Source: Nemertoderma westbladi (Eukaryota; Animalia; Xenacoelomorpha). Taken from it: a stretch of 33,852 bases of DNA. The translations under genes and the position numbers were made by a program. Shown piece by piece: positions 22,825 to 33,852 of the stretch. Location of the stretch: the NCBI GenBank assembly GCA_032718475.1, contig JAUCBJ010007703.1:1-33852 (forward strand), given 5' to 3'. The stretch's first letter is position 1. Every line of letters begins with the position of its first letter. The notes under the pieces were generated by a model. That model was not told where the DNA came from and did not search any database. It saw only the letters and a program-made list of their open reading frames with translations.

Positions 22825-24056
22825 TACGGGGGGGGGGGGGGGCAACTATAACGGGTTAATACGGGGAGGCAATAGGGGCAACTATAACGGGTTGATACAG
22901 GAACGCAATACGGGAAACTTTAACTTGGCATATTGTGGTCTATTATGGTAATATTGACACGTTTTTGTTATAAATAACTTTGTTCAATGTAAACGAAAAC
23001 ATTAGTCATACTAAATATTACGCTAATTATACTAAATGCCGCAGCGGCACCCTGCTGCACGTGAAGGTACAGCTGCACCACTAATTTGAGCACCCAATGC
23101 GGCATAGAAGACACCTCTTTATGCAGCTCGTTTGCATCTAATTCGAAAGTGCACCTAGTGGCTCTCAGCTTCATAACTTAATGAACCTAATAAAACATCC
23201 AACTTGTATAATAATAATATATATTTTTGATAATGTGCCTTTCAATGAACTTTAAATAAGGCAATGTAAGTAAAAATCAGATTTTCTGCTATGCACAGAA
23301 CATGTTATATTCAAATAAAACAATATTCTAAGCTATAATTCTATGGAACGAACAACGTGTGTTAAGTTTAAGAAATGAGTTAAAAAACCTAAAAAAATTG
23401 ATGATTTTATTTCCTTTTAAAAAGAACATTTTTGCGTTTTGTATTAATTCAATTAGTTGTTAGTTGTGTTGAGGTATTCCTAGACTACCGGTACAGCTGT
23501 ATGTTTTGAGATTCGCTTGTCTTAATACTTATATACCATTTGCTCAGGATTTGAATATTTCTTTTAATGATACCAGTTTTTGTTTTTAATACCTTCAGGA
23601 ATACAAGCTAAAAATTAATTAAACCCCTTTCTTTAGATGGAAAATGTAGGAAACGTAGATCCCCAGCCCAGACACAGACACTCGATCGAATATGGCATTG
23701 GTGAAAATATGACTTCACATCAACAAAAAAAATTATCACCACATTTGGTATCGGAAATCTTGAACCATTATTTAACTGTAAAAATATTACACTCATCATC
23801 AAACCGATGTTAAAGTTTATGTATTGGCGTCCAATTATTAACATTTAAATTTTCTTGACATTGAGCAAAGTTATCAAAATAAAAATACTTGCAAGTCATA
23901 TATTGAGCTGCGCCCTACTGCATGATACGGGTTGGGTATAGACTGCTTACTGGATATCTATTGGTTCAATGTGGAGGTAATTGTAACCTGTGGTATTGCG
24001 CTGCCACGTTAAAAATATCGTTATTAATATATTTATGGGATTTATTCACTATATTA

Positions 24057-24957
24057 CACCATGTCCTGGAATATAGTGTCATTATTCTGGTACATGGACC
24101 CCCCCAAAATTTTTCTACAAATCTTAATGAGATTGCATGAAATTTGAAACAGAGATAGTTTCACCTCCCTCCTCCTTGCTGGGTGAGCCAGAATTTTTAT
24201 TTCTGCTTTCATTCTTTAGGTACAAGCGTTTGAAAATAGTGTCTCCTGCGAAATTGCACCAGTCCCACCGCAGTTATTCTTCAACCTTATTATGATTTTT
24301 TAGTACTAATTTAAAGCCAGTCGTGCAAGGATTCCAAAAATGCAAAAACATTTGAATTTGGTAGAGAAATAGCCGAGATATGGTCATTCGAAAGTTGTAT
24401 GTATTTGCTTCCCCTGCACGCCATTTATTCTATTTAATAAATATATTTAATAAATACATCATATTCTGGAACATTTTGTTTATCTAATACGTAGTTGGGC
24501 AACATTGCAATGCTTCTTTAATCATTCTATTATGTAGCTATTCATACATAAACAAAATGTTCTAGAATATGGTGTTTCTATTTAATAGAATAAAACAGCC
24601 TCGCGCAGGTGCAAAACCATGCAACTTTTGAATGCTCAAAAAATCTCAGCTATTTCACAACCAAATTCAAATATTTTTACATTTTTGGAATCCTTGCATG
24701 GTTAGCTTTCTATTTCTATTTCTACCAATGAATAACTGCAGTGTAACTGGTGAAATATCACTGGAGACACCTTTTTCAAATGCTTGTAGCTAAAGATTGA
24801 AAGCAAAAATCTAAATTCTGGCTCACCCAGGAAGGAGGAGGGACGTGAAACTATCTCTGTTTCAAATTTCATGCAATTTCGTTAAGATTTGTATGAAAAT
24901 TTGGGGGGGGGGGGGGTGAGGTACCTGAATAACGACACTATATTCCAGGACATGGTG
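24057..24957. mobile_element. Foldback/palindromic MITE with TA target duplication (Tc1/mariner-type)
   Basis: TA|CACCATGTCCTGGAATATAGTGTC ... GACACTATATTCCAGGACATGGTG|TA; ~430 bp imperfect inverted arms with a ~55 bp spacer. Confidence 0.88.
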
Positions 24958-26383
24958 TACGTACGTGTCTCAAAGTATCATTTTACAGTTTGCTTATCGG
25001 AGAGTTTGGTAACATGAACGAAGGTAGTGAGTGAGTGGAGATAAAGCTGCGAGGATTAAACACTGTAAAGTACTTTGTAACACGTACATGCAGATAGTTT
25101 TGTTCCAAAATTGTAATATTACTAAACGTCTATTTATAATAAATAAAATAAAAACTTTTGTTCTTAATAATTTGGTGAAATTTCTCAAATTTTATAATAT
25201 GTATTTGTATTATATAGCAGCAACTAAGTAGAAAACGCTCTTTAAGATTTCATCACTATGCCAAAAGTTAGTAAAGTTTAGCTATTGCAGTTGCCTGTAC
25301 AATAATGTTATTCATGTTAATATTCAATGATAACAATTAGGGATGCGACAGAGCTAAAATTTCATCCGGAGCCCGGAGGTTCCTCCGGGTTACAATATGA
25401 GCTCCGTCCGGAGACGGAGCCGGAGGTTTGGTGATTGATAATTCCAGTGTATTATTTAGGGATGTCCCGGAATCGATATTTTGATTCCGGCCGGAACCGG
25501 AACCGGAATTCAACATGCCGGAATATTCCGGCCGGAATTCCGGCCGGAATTCCGGCCGGAACCGGAATTTTCTATAATTAGTGACCTACACTAAATGACC
25601 CATGAAACTTTATAATTTTTTCTGAAACAGATGAATTTTTTTAAATTTCTACAGCTAAGTTTGATAATGAGATGAATCAGAACCTTGGGGGGAATGAAGG
25701 TGGGTGGAATGGAGAATGGGCTGGGTCGTTATGGCCGTTTATGGGGACGGGATGGTACTTCGGCATTGGACTACAAGGAATTTAATATATTTTTTTTTCT
25801 AAAATCTATAACATTGTCTAAAAGTTAGGTTTTTAGCATTTAGACTCACCTAAAAACCTACGTTAACCAAAAATCGATGGTTTCGCATCATTGGGTCCTT
25901 TGCTGCAATATTCTGGTGTCTTTAAGGGAAAGGAACATGTTACCGTGACATGTTATTCGAACCAAAACAATAAACGAGGCCAATAGTACATGTTACAGTT
26001 TAATTACTACTATATTATGCAGTACCTACGACGCAGGACTGAACTAACGACCACTCGCAGGACCTGTACGTATTGTAATAACGTTTATATTAGTTTTAGG
26101 TTAGAGTAGGAATTGTAATTGTGTAATACTGTATTTGTAACCAAGTAACATAAAGGACCCCCATGGAAATAAGCTGCAAATCTTTACTGGCAATCCTATA
26201 TGTTACGTTGGACAATACCAATCATAATATTATCATATTATTTAATAATTCAAAATTCAAAGTAAAATAATATAAAATCAATGTGAAATAATTTAAATTC
26301 AATGTCAAATAATGTAAAATCAATCTAAAAACGTCATTTTATAAGCAAATTGTAATAATTAAATTGGAAAAACCACCCGCTAA

Positions 26384-26712
26384 GGCCCGTGCTCCACTGG
26401 TAAGTCTTATGTAGTCTTAGTCAAATAAATTATGGAACACATTGGTTTCAATGTTACCGTCTCCAATGGTAAATCGTAAGTTACGACTGTGATTATGTCC
26501 CATGTTCCATCTTTTGACATATGAATCATGTGATATATCCGGCAAGATGCCTCTGATTGGCTACTTTGGGTATAAATATGCAGTAAATGTGAGACGCATC
26601 TTATATTTTTTATTAAATTGTGTTACCAATGGAGCAAAGAGGCATTCATTTTGACATTCTGACTAAGACAAAATATGAAAACGACTTACGACTTACCAGT
26701 GGAGCACGGGCC
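26384..26712. mobile_element. PIF/Harbinger (Tourist-like) MITE, 329 bp, innermost of the nest
   Basis: 23-bp perfect TIR GGCCCGTGCTCCACTGGTAAGTC; TAA TSD on both sides. Confidence 0.88.
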
Positions 26713-26959
26713 TAATGATGCATTTCATAAAATATCTTCAGAACGACAAATTGTTTAACGTAAATTAAGGGGGTTATTGTGAATTGTATATGAATACTAC
26801 AGTAGGTGGTGTAATAGATGAGTGGGACCATTTTAGTTTGATTACCAGGTGACATTTTTTTGGAAATGTGTTACATATGTGATATAACCATCAAGACTAA
26901 ATTCACTTTAATAAACAGGGTGGCTATGAATTTTCCCTCGTTACATAGGTTAGTTAGGT

Positions 26960-27150
26960 TCCACCTTGGTGTAGTGGTTGCATTGATTTCCAATCTATCT
27001 GGAGGTTGTGGGTTCGATCCCTGCATGTGGGCGTAGGCAGTTTTTGATTCGATACGAATGGTTTGAATGGGCCTAACCAGGGGGCATCTATGCCTTGCAT
27101 CTTTAAATGTTAGCTCTAACGGTCGAAGAAAACTTTATTTCTACTTTTTT
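26960..27150 (+). mobile_element. Probable tRNA-derived SINE fragment
   Basis: A-box-like tggtgtagtgg (~26967) and B-box ggttcgatccc (27011), with no full cloverleaf; T-rich end. Confidence 0.4.
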
Positions 27151-29989
27151 ACAAGTGTTGATCCACTGTTGAAAAGCATCTTAAAATAATAATTGGTAAT
27201 AATGTTTAAAAAATATATAACTGTTTTTTAAATAAATATTATTTATAAATTTATTATTATTTATTATTATAAATTTAACAAACTAATTGCAACTATCAAA
27301 CTAGTTAGGAACCTGGTAATTCCGGTAAAATTCCGGCCGGAATTGACCCCATTCCGGCAATTCCGGCCGGAACCGGAATCCGGCAAAAACCGCCGGAATT
27401 CCGGCCGGAACGGAATTCCGGGACATCCCTAGTATTATTATAGTAGACATATAGACAGATATACGTTCATGAAACGGGGGGGGGGGGGGGGGGGGAGAGA
27501 TTTGATGCGATTTTATACAAATGAACAGAGATTTGATGCGATTTTATACAAATGAACAGTACCAGCCTGTTGGGGATGGGGGGGGGGGGGGGGGGGGTCA
27601 GTGGAATGGGGGTTCTAGACTGACGAACGAAATGATAGTACATGTATTTTTTAATAAATTATATTATATTAAATTAAATTTAAATATATTTTTTAATTAG
27701 GGATGGGATGATTATAAATTGAATTAACTGAATCATTTCAATGTTTTTGTTCAAACATTTAAACAATTTCACAAGGGGGGTGGGTTATCAGGAAACTTAA
27801 AAAAAACAACCTGTAAATTACTTAATGAGTTATTATGTTAATTACTATGATATTTACATTACATTATTCATACATCAGAAAAACTTATTATTTTAATTCA
27901 AATTTCAACAATATAAGCTCCAAATTGGCTCCGGGTTAATTTGCCCGGAGCCGGAACCAGAGCCGGAACCAAAAAATTAGCCCGGAGCTCTGTCGCATCC
28001 CTAATAACATTAGCACTTTGCACATATATAGGATAGGGGGAAGGAAAGCAATTCGTTTCGAAAAGTATCAGTTTCATTTTATTGTAGTTCTCTGTAAGTT
28101 CTACCTTACTGCACTTAAATATTCAACTGTCTTATAAAAATACTCATTTAAAGATATAATTTGCTATTTAATATCTCGCTGTTTAAGGACGTTAATGTTG
28201 AATTTTTGAATAACAATAATTTACATCATGGTGTTCTAACTTGCACCTTATATAAGATTACTCCTGGATCGGTTTGGCATACGGTGGTGCTGAAAATGTT
28301 TAAATATTTAAATATGAAAAAAATAAGTTGGTGAATATATTTCTGACTTATAAATTAATTATATTTTTCAACACCTTTCAAGATTACTGTATCTGTTGTT
28401 GACTCTTGCTGTAATTCTATAAATATGTTAAGTTTTACTTTTTACACCATTTCGTAAATTATTTTGTTAGTAAATAAATCCCTTCTTACGCTACAAACTA
28501 TATCGTTTTATCGAAACCTTTCCCTATAATGAAATTTATTATTGAATTTATGTTTTTCACGTGGTGCGACACTATTACAATATATATTTAATGGTACTGG
28601 CTTTCAATTTTTTCATAAAACAACAAACATGGCTGTTTTTCCGTTCGACTGTCGGTCTGTCCGTCAGTATATCCCCCAAAACAATAGAAAGCATACCGGT
28701 ACTATCTGTCTAAAAAATGCCTATATAGGTTTTTCTTTGTCGGTGACTTTATTTCTGATGTTATTATTCAAATTTGGCCTCGTCGTTTCTGTCTGTATGC
28801 CTGTCAGACTTTCTGTCAAAATTTAACCGATAGCCCTACAACCAGACAAATAATTTGATTGTCATCAAATATGAAAACTGACACTAGAAATTAAATATAC
28901 GACCAGGAAAACCCCTAAACTTTTAGCTAGCTAGTTTGTCCTTCTCATATATTTTGACGGACAGACTGTCGGACAGTCAGGTAGACCGACAGTCAGTCAT
29001 ACAGACAGACTAGATTCCATTAAAAGTGAATTCTGACCTCAGAAATGAAATCAGCGCTCCGGAAAAACCCCCATTACAAAAATCATAGCATGGTGGTGTG
29101 CTTTCTTGTTGCTAGATATATAGGCCTATTATTGACAGACATTCTTTTATACTAACAGACAGTTTTTTTCTCAAATGACGTAAATACCTTTTCTACTTCG
29201 ATAATCTTTCATCACATTTAATAAAATTGAAGATGTTTTATATTTTTTTTACAATTTCTAATTTTGCACTATATCTTCTGCATTTTTCACCGGGCAATAA
29301 AGTGTGGTGATGATGATTTTTTAAGATGTTCTGTTCTGCTTCCATCTTTTATCGATTGATGTTAGTATATTAATTTAATTATTCCCCTATAATATCACAC
29401 TTTTTTCTGCTGTAGTCGTTTATTGTAATGTTTCAGTTTTGGAATAAAACTATATACAGTACCTCCCTAGATCATTGAGCTGTAATATAGTTTACAGGGT
29501 TTTGAGCCCAATGTTGATATCACAAATCTACTATACTAATCGCTACCGGTAGTTGTAAAGCTACTTACACCGGTAGCTACTTTACAAAAAAGTGTGGGGC
29601 GAGCGACGAAAGTAAGCGAGCTTAGCATACATTCTGTCGTGTCCAATTTTAAACGTTAATAACTCAGCCAAATGTTAATGAAATTTAACCAAACTTGGTA
29701 CACATGAGTCTGGCCAAAGTTTAGAAATTTTCCAAGTTAAATTTGCGTGGGGTCTTCGTGCAGCATCTGTGTAACTGTCTTACGGTTATAATAAACCAAA
29801 AAAAAAATATAAAAAAAAAAAAATAGTCTACCCAAAAATTATTAGGATCAGCTGGTTGCTAGGAGACTACAGGATTACCATACGGTACCAGGCCATGACA
29901 GTACCGGTACTGTTAATAGTTACAGTGGTACAGAGTTACCGGTACCGTCTTCAGGTCGTTGGCAAGGCCATCTAAACAACTTCATCTAA

Positions 29990-30500
29990 ACAGCTTCCGA
30001 CAGTCCGATGTATCTGGACCCGAGCAGCCGAGTGGCATCAAGATGCGATTAACCGAGGAATAAATACTACGGAATTGCTTGCTTGTCAGTAAGATTCTAT
30101 TTACTACACTGGGAATACGGCGGTCGGTCGGATCGTAATGCGGGCCACTGCCAAGTTCCTCATGCCTCACTCAGGCCACCCACCTTGGAGTGCGGTGGGA
30201 AGAGTCCGACTTACGTCGACGACTGGACGAATCGACGAGGATTGCGATTTCGGTTTAGCGGCGGCCCGGACAGCCGGATCCTGGGATCGCCTGGGGGAAA
30301 TTGTTGAAAGTCGGGCAGACGTGTATCGCACCGGATTACGTTCTCTGCCACGCGAAAGTGTGAGGCGAATTCGTTGTCGAATTGGGTCGGAAGCTGCGGG
30401 AATTCTACTGTTCTACGGGAATAAACCGCAGCTGTCCGGTGACTACGGACGGATACTGGGATGAGCAGGTATTTCGATCGAGTTTCTCGTATTCTCGATT
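29990..30500 (+). pseudogene. Aldehyde dehydrogenase family 3 (ALDH3-like) pseudogene fragment
   Basis: Stitched across frames: LPMYLDP...TTELLACQ*DSIYYTGNTAVGRIVMRATAKFL...[46 protein letters not shown]...LREFYGNKPQLSGDYGRI. This is colinear with ALDH3 motifs ([26 protein letters not shown]). In-frame stops and frameshifts are present. Confidence 0.9.
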
Positions 30501-31467
30501 TTCTGAATTCTCGATATTTCCTATAAACCACATGGCTTCGCATATTGAACGTGTGATTGGAAATAAGTTTATGCTACCCTTCCGCCCCTTGGGTGGTAGA
30601 TGTCGCGGTTATGTATTGGTTGGTAGGAAGGGGGGGGGGGGGGGGGGGGGGGTGCAGATTAAAAGGGCTGAACACGTACTGTCCCCCTTTCTTTGATTGA
30701 TTGTCGGTATGGTTAAATTTCTCAAATACTGATTTTGTGATACAGTCACTCAATTTTAATTTGTATCTCATAACTGGGCCTCGTCCTGCGCGAAGGCCCC
30801 ACGAACGTGTTTTATAGATCCAAAACAATAATTGGTACCAGCATGTGTGATGGTTGCATGAGTTACCATGAGGCTTATTGATATTTCATTAGTGCGCTAA
30901 GACTGGAGATGTTTACTGTGGAAGATCACATGCATTACTTGGCCTAACGAGCCTAAAAGATTCTCACATTCATTAGTGGCCAACTTGTTGCAGAATAGAA
31001 GCACCATATGGAATTCATCTGCTACAGATATATGCAGTTAAAATTAGTTACCTATTAATATTAGATAAATAATATTCAGCGATATTCAGGTCCCAATCAA
31101 TTAAAGTTGACATTTTAGTTAACAAAATATCGTTGTGCATGATTTACAAAGGCAGTAAACGATATTTTATTATCCGCGTTTTATTAATAATTACCAAATT
31201 AATTTAGATCACCACGGAAAAAAAGCAGTAAACTATATAATATTTTGTTATTATAATAATTAATTAATTACGTGCTTAATTTAACAATTGAATTAATTGT
31301 TAAGATTATGAGCAACTTCAGACAACGACAGGGTTCGCATCCCTTGCAAAATCAGCGTTATTTTGAATATGAAATGTATTACTTTTCGAAGAATTAAACA
31401 GTTATTTATTATCAATAATTACTGAACTCTTGTTGGTATATTTTATAGACACTATCCTTTCATTTTT

Positions 31468-31540
31468 TATAGCTGAGTGGTTAAGACGGTCGGTAGTGTA
31501 GATGGCATTGCGTGAAATTGCGTCGGTCCGAGTCTACTAA
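31468..31540 (+). pseudogene. Degenerate tRNA-like sequence (SINE head or pseudo-tRNA)
   Basis: tagctgagtggttaag (A box/D arm) and ggtccgagtc (degenerate B box); stems are poor. Confidence 0.3.
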
Positions 31541-31592
31541 CGAATTAACTGTCAATTTAATGGCTTACTAGCAAACTTAGTACTAAAAAAAT

Positions 31593-31658
31593 CGGCGCAA
31601 ATGGGGATCCGCTAGAGATTTCAAAGTCCCACGCTCAACCAACTTCGCCTCCGCGCCG
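31593..31658 (-). pseudogene. Degenerate tRNA-like sequence
   Basis: Minus strand cggcgcggaggcgaagttggttgagcgtgggactttgaaatctc...gcgccg: acceptor-like stem, D-loop-like and anticodon-like arms, defective T arm. Confidence 0.3.
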
Positions 31659-32097
31659 TACGAAGCCTTAAAATCAAAACCAAACTAGAAATTAACAACA
31701 ACAACAACGGAGTGACTACTAGAGGTCTCGCGGATATAAAAATTGTGGACACAAGATTTCAATCAGTCTATCACTTAATCGCATTGTTTAGATTGCCAGA
31801 CTTCCAACCTGTACGAAAATATCGCTTTTGCTGAGATAATTATAGAAAACCACTCAAGCAACTAAAATACTAATAATTATTTTGAAAACAAGAAATTAGA
31901 CAAAATAGTGGGACTCAAACTAAGATTTAACAATATTAAATATGTACGCTAATTAATTTATAATAATTTGAAACACAAAAATATTACTTATATATATTTA
32001 TTTCTTATTTCAGTAATAATTAATAAAAAACATAAAATAATTATAAATAAATAAAATAATAATTACCCGTTAGTTAATCCATATTAATATTTAAAAA

Positions 32098-33580
32098 ATG
32101 ATGCGAATACAGCAGTTAGCTTTCCGATCGAAAGGAAACAGGATGACTTCCCGGAGACCATCTTCCTCTGTCGCTGCCTTGGAGATGCCACCTTGCGACT
32201 TCCAACCTCAACCATACACCTCAATGGGAAAGAAGGAATCCCTACAACACCGTAGCAAAGTTCTTCATCCATTCAGCGTCAAATACTACAAGGACGCCAG
32301 TAATGCTGCATCAGGGGCACAAACAGTGGCTTTATGATACGGAAGGGAAACGGTACTTGGATATGTTGTCTGCAATGGTGTCTGCCGGTTGCGGTCATTG
32401 TCATCCGAAACTAAATGCCGCGCTAGAGAGCCAACTCAAGAAATTATGGCACACAACGTTCATTTACATGAATGACACTCAACAGGAATACGGGACGAAG
32501 TTACTGGCAAAGTTTCCTGACAGTTTGGATGTTGCAATACTTGTCAACAGCGGCGCAGAAGCAAATGAATTAGCGATTGCCATGTCGCGGATGTACACTG
32601 GAGCTTGGGATATTCTGAGTTTGCGAAATAGTTTCCACGGTGTCGGTGTTCAGACGTCAGGTATGACACAAATGGGTACGTGGAAGCTACAGATGCCGTT
32701 GGGGTTCGGTCATGTATCATCGATGAATGCGGACCCATACCGGGGACCTTGGGGCGGGAGTAACTGCAGGGATTCTCCCTCGCAAACAACTCGACTATGC
32801 GACTGCAAGGAAGGAAGTTGCTTCGCAAAGGAAATGTATGTGGATCAATACAAGGATACCCTGCGCTACTCGGTACCTAAAAAAGTAGCTGCGTTTTTCG
32901 CCGAGCCCATACAAGGCGCTGGAGGAACTGTGCAATACCCTAGAGGATTTCTGAAAGAGATTTACCAATTGACGAGGGAACGAGGAGGTCTGTGTGTTTC
33001 CGATGAAGTCCAGACAGGATTCGGAAGACTCGGAAGTCATTTTTGGGGGTTTGAAAGCCACGGTGTTGTTCCCGATATTGTGACTATGGCTAAAGGGATT
33101 GGCAATGGTTTCCCCATGGCTGCGGTAGTCACTCGCAAAGAAATCGCACAGACACTCTCAAATTCGTTGTGGTTCAACACTTTCGGCGGTAATCCACTTG
33201 CCTGCTCTGTTGGATCCGCTACTCTTGATGTCATCGCTGAAGAAAAATTGCAGGACAATAGCGATGTAGTTGGAACCTATTTTATAAATAGGTTGGCCCA
33301 CCTGAGAGATAAGTACCCCATAATAGGCGATGTGAGAGGAAAAGGTTTAATGATAGGCCTCGAGTTAGTCGAAGATAAGGAAACTAGGACGCCTCTAGCA
33401 GCCGAAAAGTTTGCAAACATTTGGGAGGAAACTCGCGAGATGGGCGTTCTATTCGGAAGGGGGGGAATTTATGGGAACGTATTCCGGATAAAACCTCCTC
33501 TTTGTGTTACTAATGATGATATTGACTTTACTGTGAATGTTTTAGAAAGAGCGATCAGCAAAGCTGTAAATAAACATTAA
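32098..33580 (+). CDS. AGXT2: Alanine--glyoxylate aminotransferase 2 (class III PLP aminotransferase), intronless, with one +1 frameshift at ~32293-32296
   Basis: ORF 32303-33580 has GHCHPK, VNSGAEANE, RGPWGGSNCRDSP, AEPIQG, DEVQTGFGRLGSHFWGF and the PLP-lysine motif DIVTMAKGIGNG. The upstream frame (32098) has an Arg/Ser-rich presequence-like stretch and the AGXT2-typical MPPCDF. Removing 1 nt gives 493 aa. Confidence 0.92.
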
Positions 33581-33852
33581 CCTAGTTTGTTAGTGTTGTT
33601 GGTTTCATTATTTATTGACTTGAAAAGCGTTTGAATCATACCTCATCCATCCATAAAATTTTATTCGTAATATAATCAAACATGTTGAATAAGTAGAAAA
33701 TTGGTGTGGCATTATTATTATATTACTTTTCTTATTTAACTAACTCACTAACCCACACAGAAATAGGAAGACAGTAGTGCGGTACAGGGTACATAGCCTA
33801 CACACTGCAGAATGCTGGGTATCCGCGCTGAAAGCTATGGGGTTCTCATAGT

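Larger units (their letters stand above)
25457..27431. mobile_element. Non-autonomous hAT (Ac-like), nested in the outer element
   Basis: 17-bp TIR TAGGGATGTCCCGGAAT; perfect 8-bp TSD gtattatt (25449-25456, 27432-27439); ccggaattccgg subterminal arrays. Confidence 0.9.
25338..28003. mobile_element. Non-autonomous hAT (Ac-like TAGGGATG termini), outer element
   Basis: Perfect 18-bp TIR TAGGGATGCGACAGAGCT; TSD ataacaat/ataacatt (8 bp, 1 mismatch); subterminal ccggag repeats. Confidence 0.85.

Noticed and set aside
28640-29720. Possible Helentron/DINE-1-like repeats (gtctgtc/gacagac runs, short inverted matches)
   Set aside because: Termini could not be defined by eye; too weak to annotate.
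30083-30696. Several overlapping short ORFs as independent genes
   Set aside because: They are frame fragments or antisense shadows of the ALDH3 pseudogene.
32544-33258. Minus-strand ORFs within AGXT2
   Set aside because: Antisense shadows of the conserved gene.

Overview
AT-rich, repeat-rich eukaryotic (probably invertebrate animal) genomic DNA; nothing indicates a prokaryote. Main contents: (1) a five-exon UBFD1 gene on + (6664-22824, about 410 aa). Intron 3 is a 36-bp minisatellite invaded by nested DNA transposons and a Ty3/Gypsy remnant. Intron 4 is mostly about 150 tandem copies of the gene's own exon-4/5' splice-site junction, interrupted by a 5'-truncated RTE-like LINE. (2) An intronless AGXT2 with a single +1 frameshift after its presumed mitochondrial presequence (32098-33580). 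(3) A decayed ALDH3 fragment (about 29990-30500) split over several frames. (4) An uncalled ORF of at least 331 codons running off the left edge, behind a long repeat-structured leader (probable retroelement). (5) Several MITEs, including a triple nest. The most unusual signal is a recurrent 8-bp insertion motif, NNNNN-CWG-NNNNN (5-bp duplication around CAG or CTG). At least 22 exact copies surround UBFD1 exon 1 but none lies in it. Deleting such copies restores the reading frame at several ALDH3 breakpoints. It looks like the excision footprint of a cut-and-paste element that I could not match to a known family. All counts and coordinates were read by eye.
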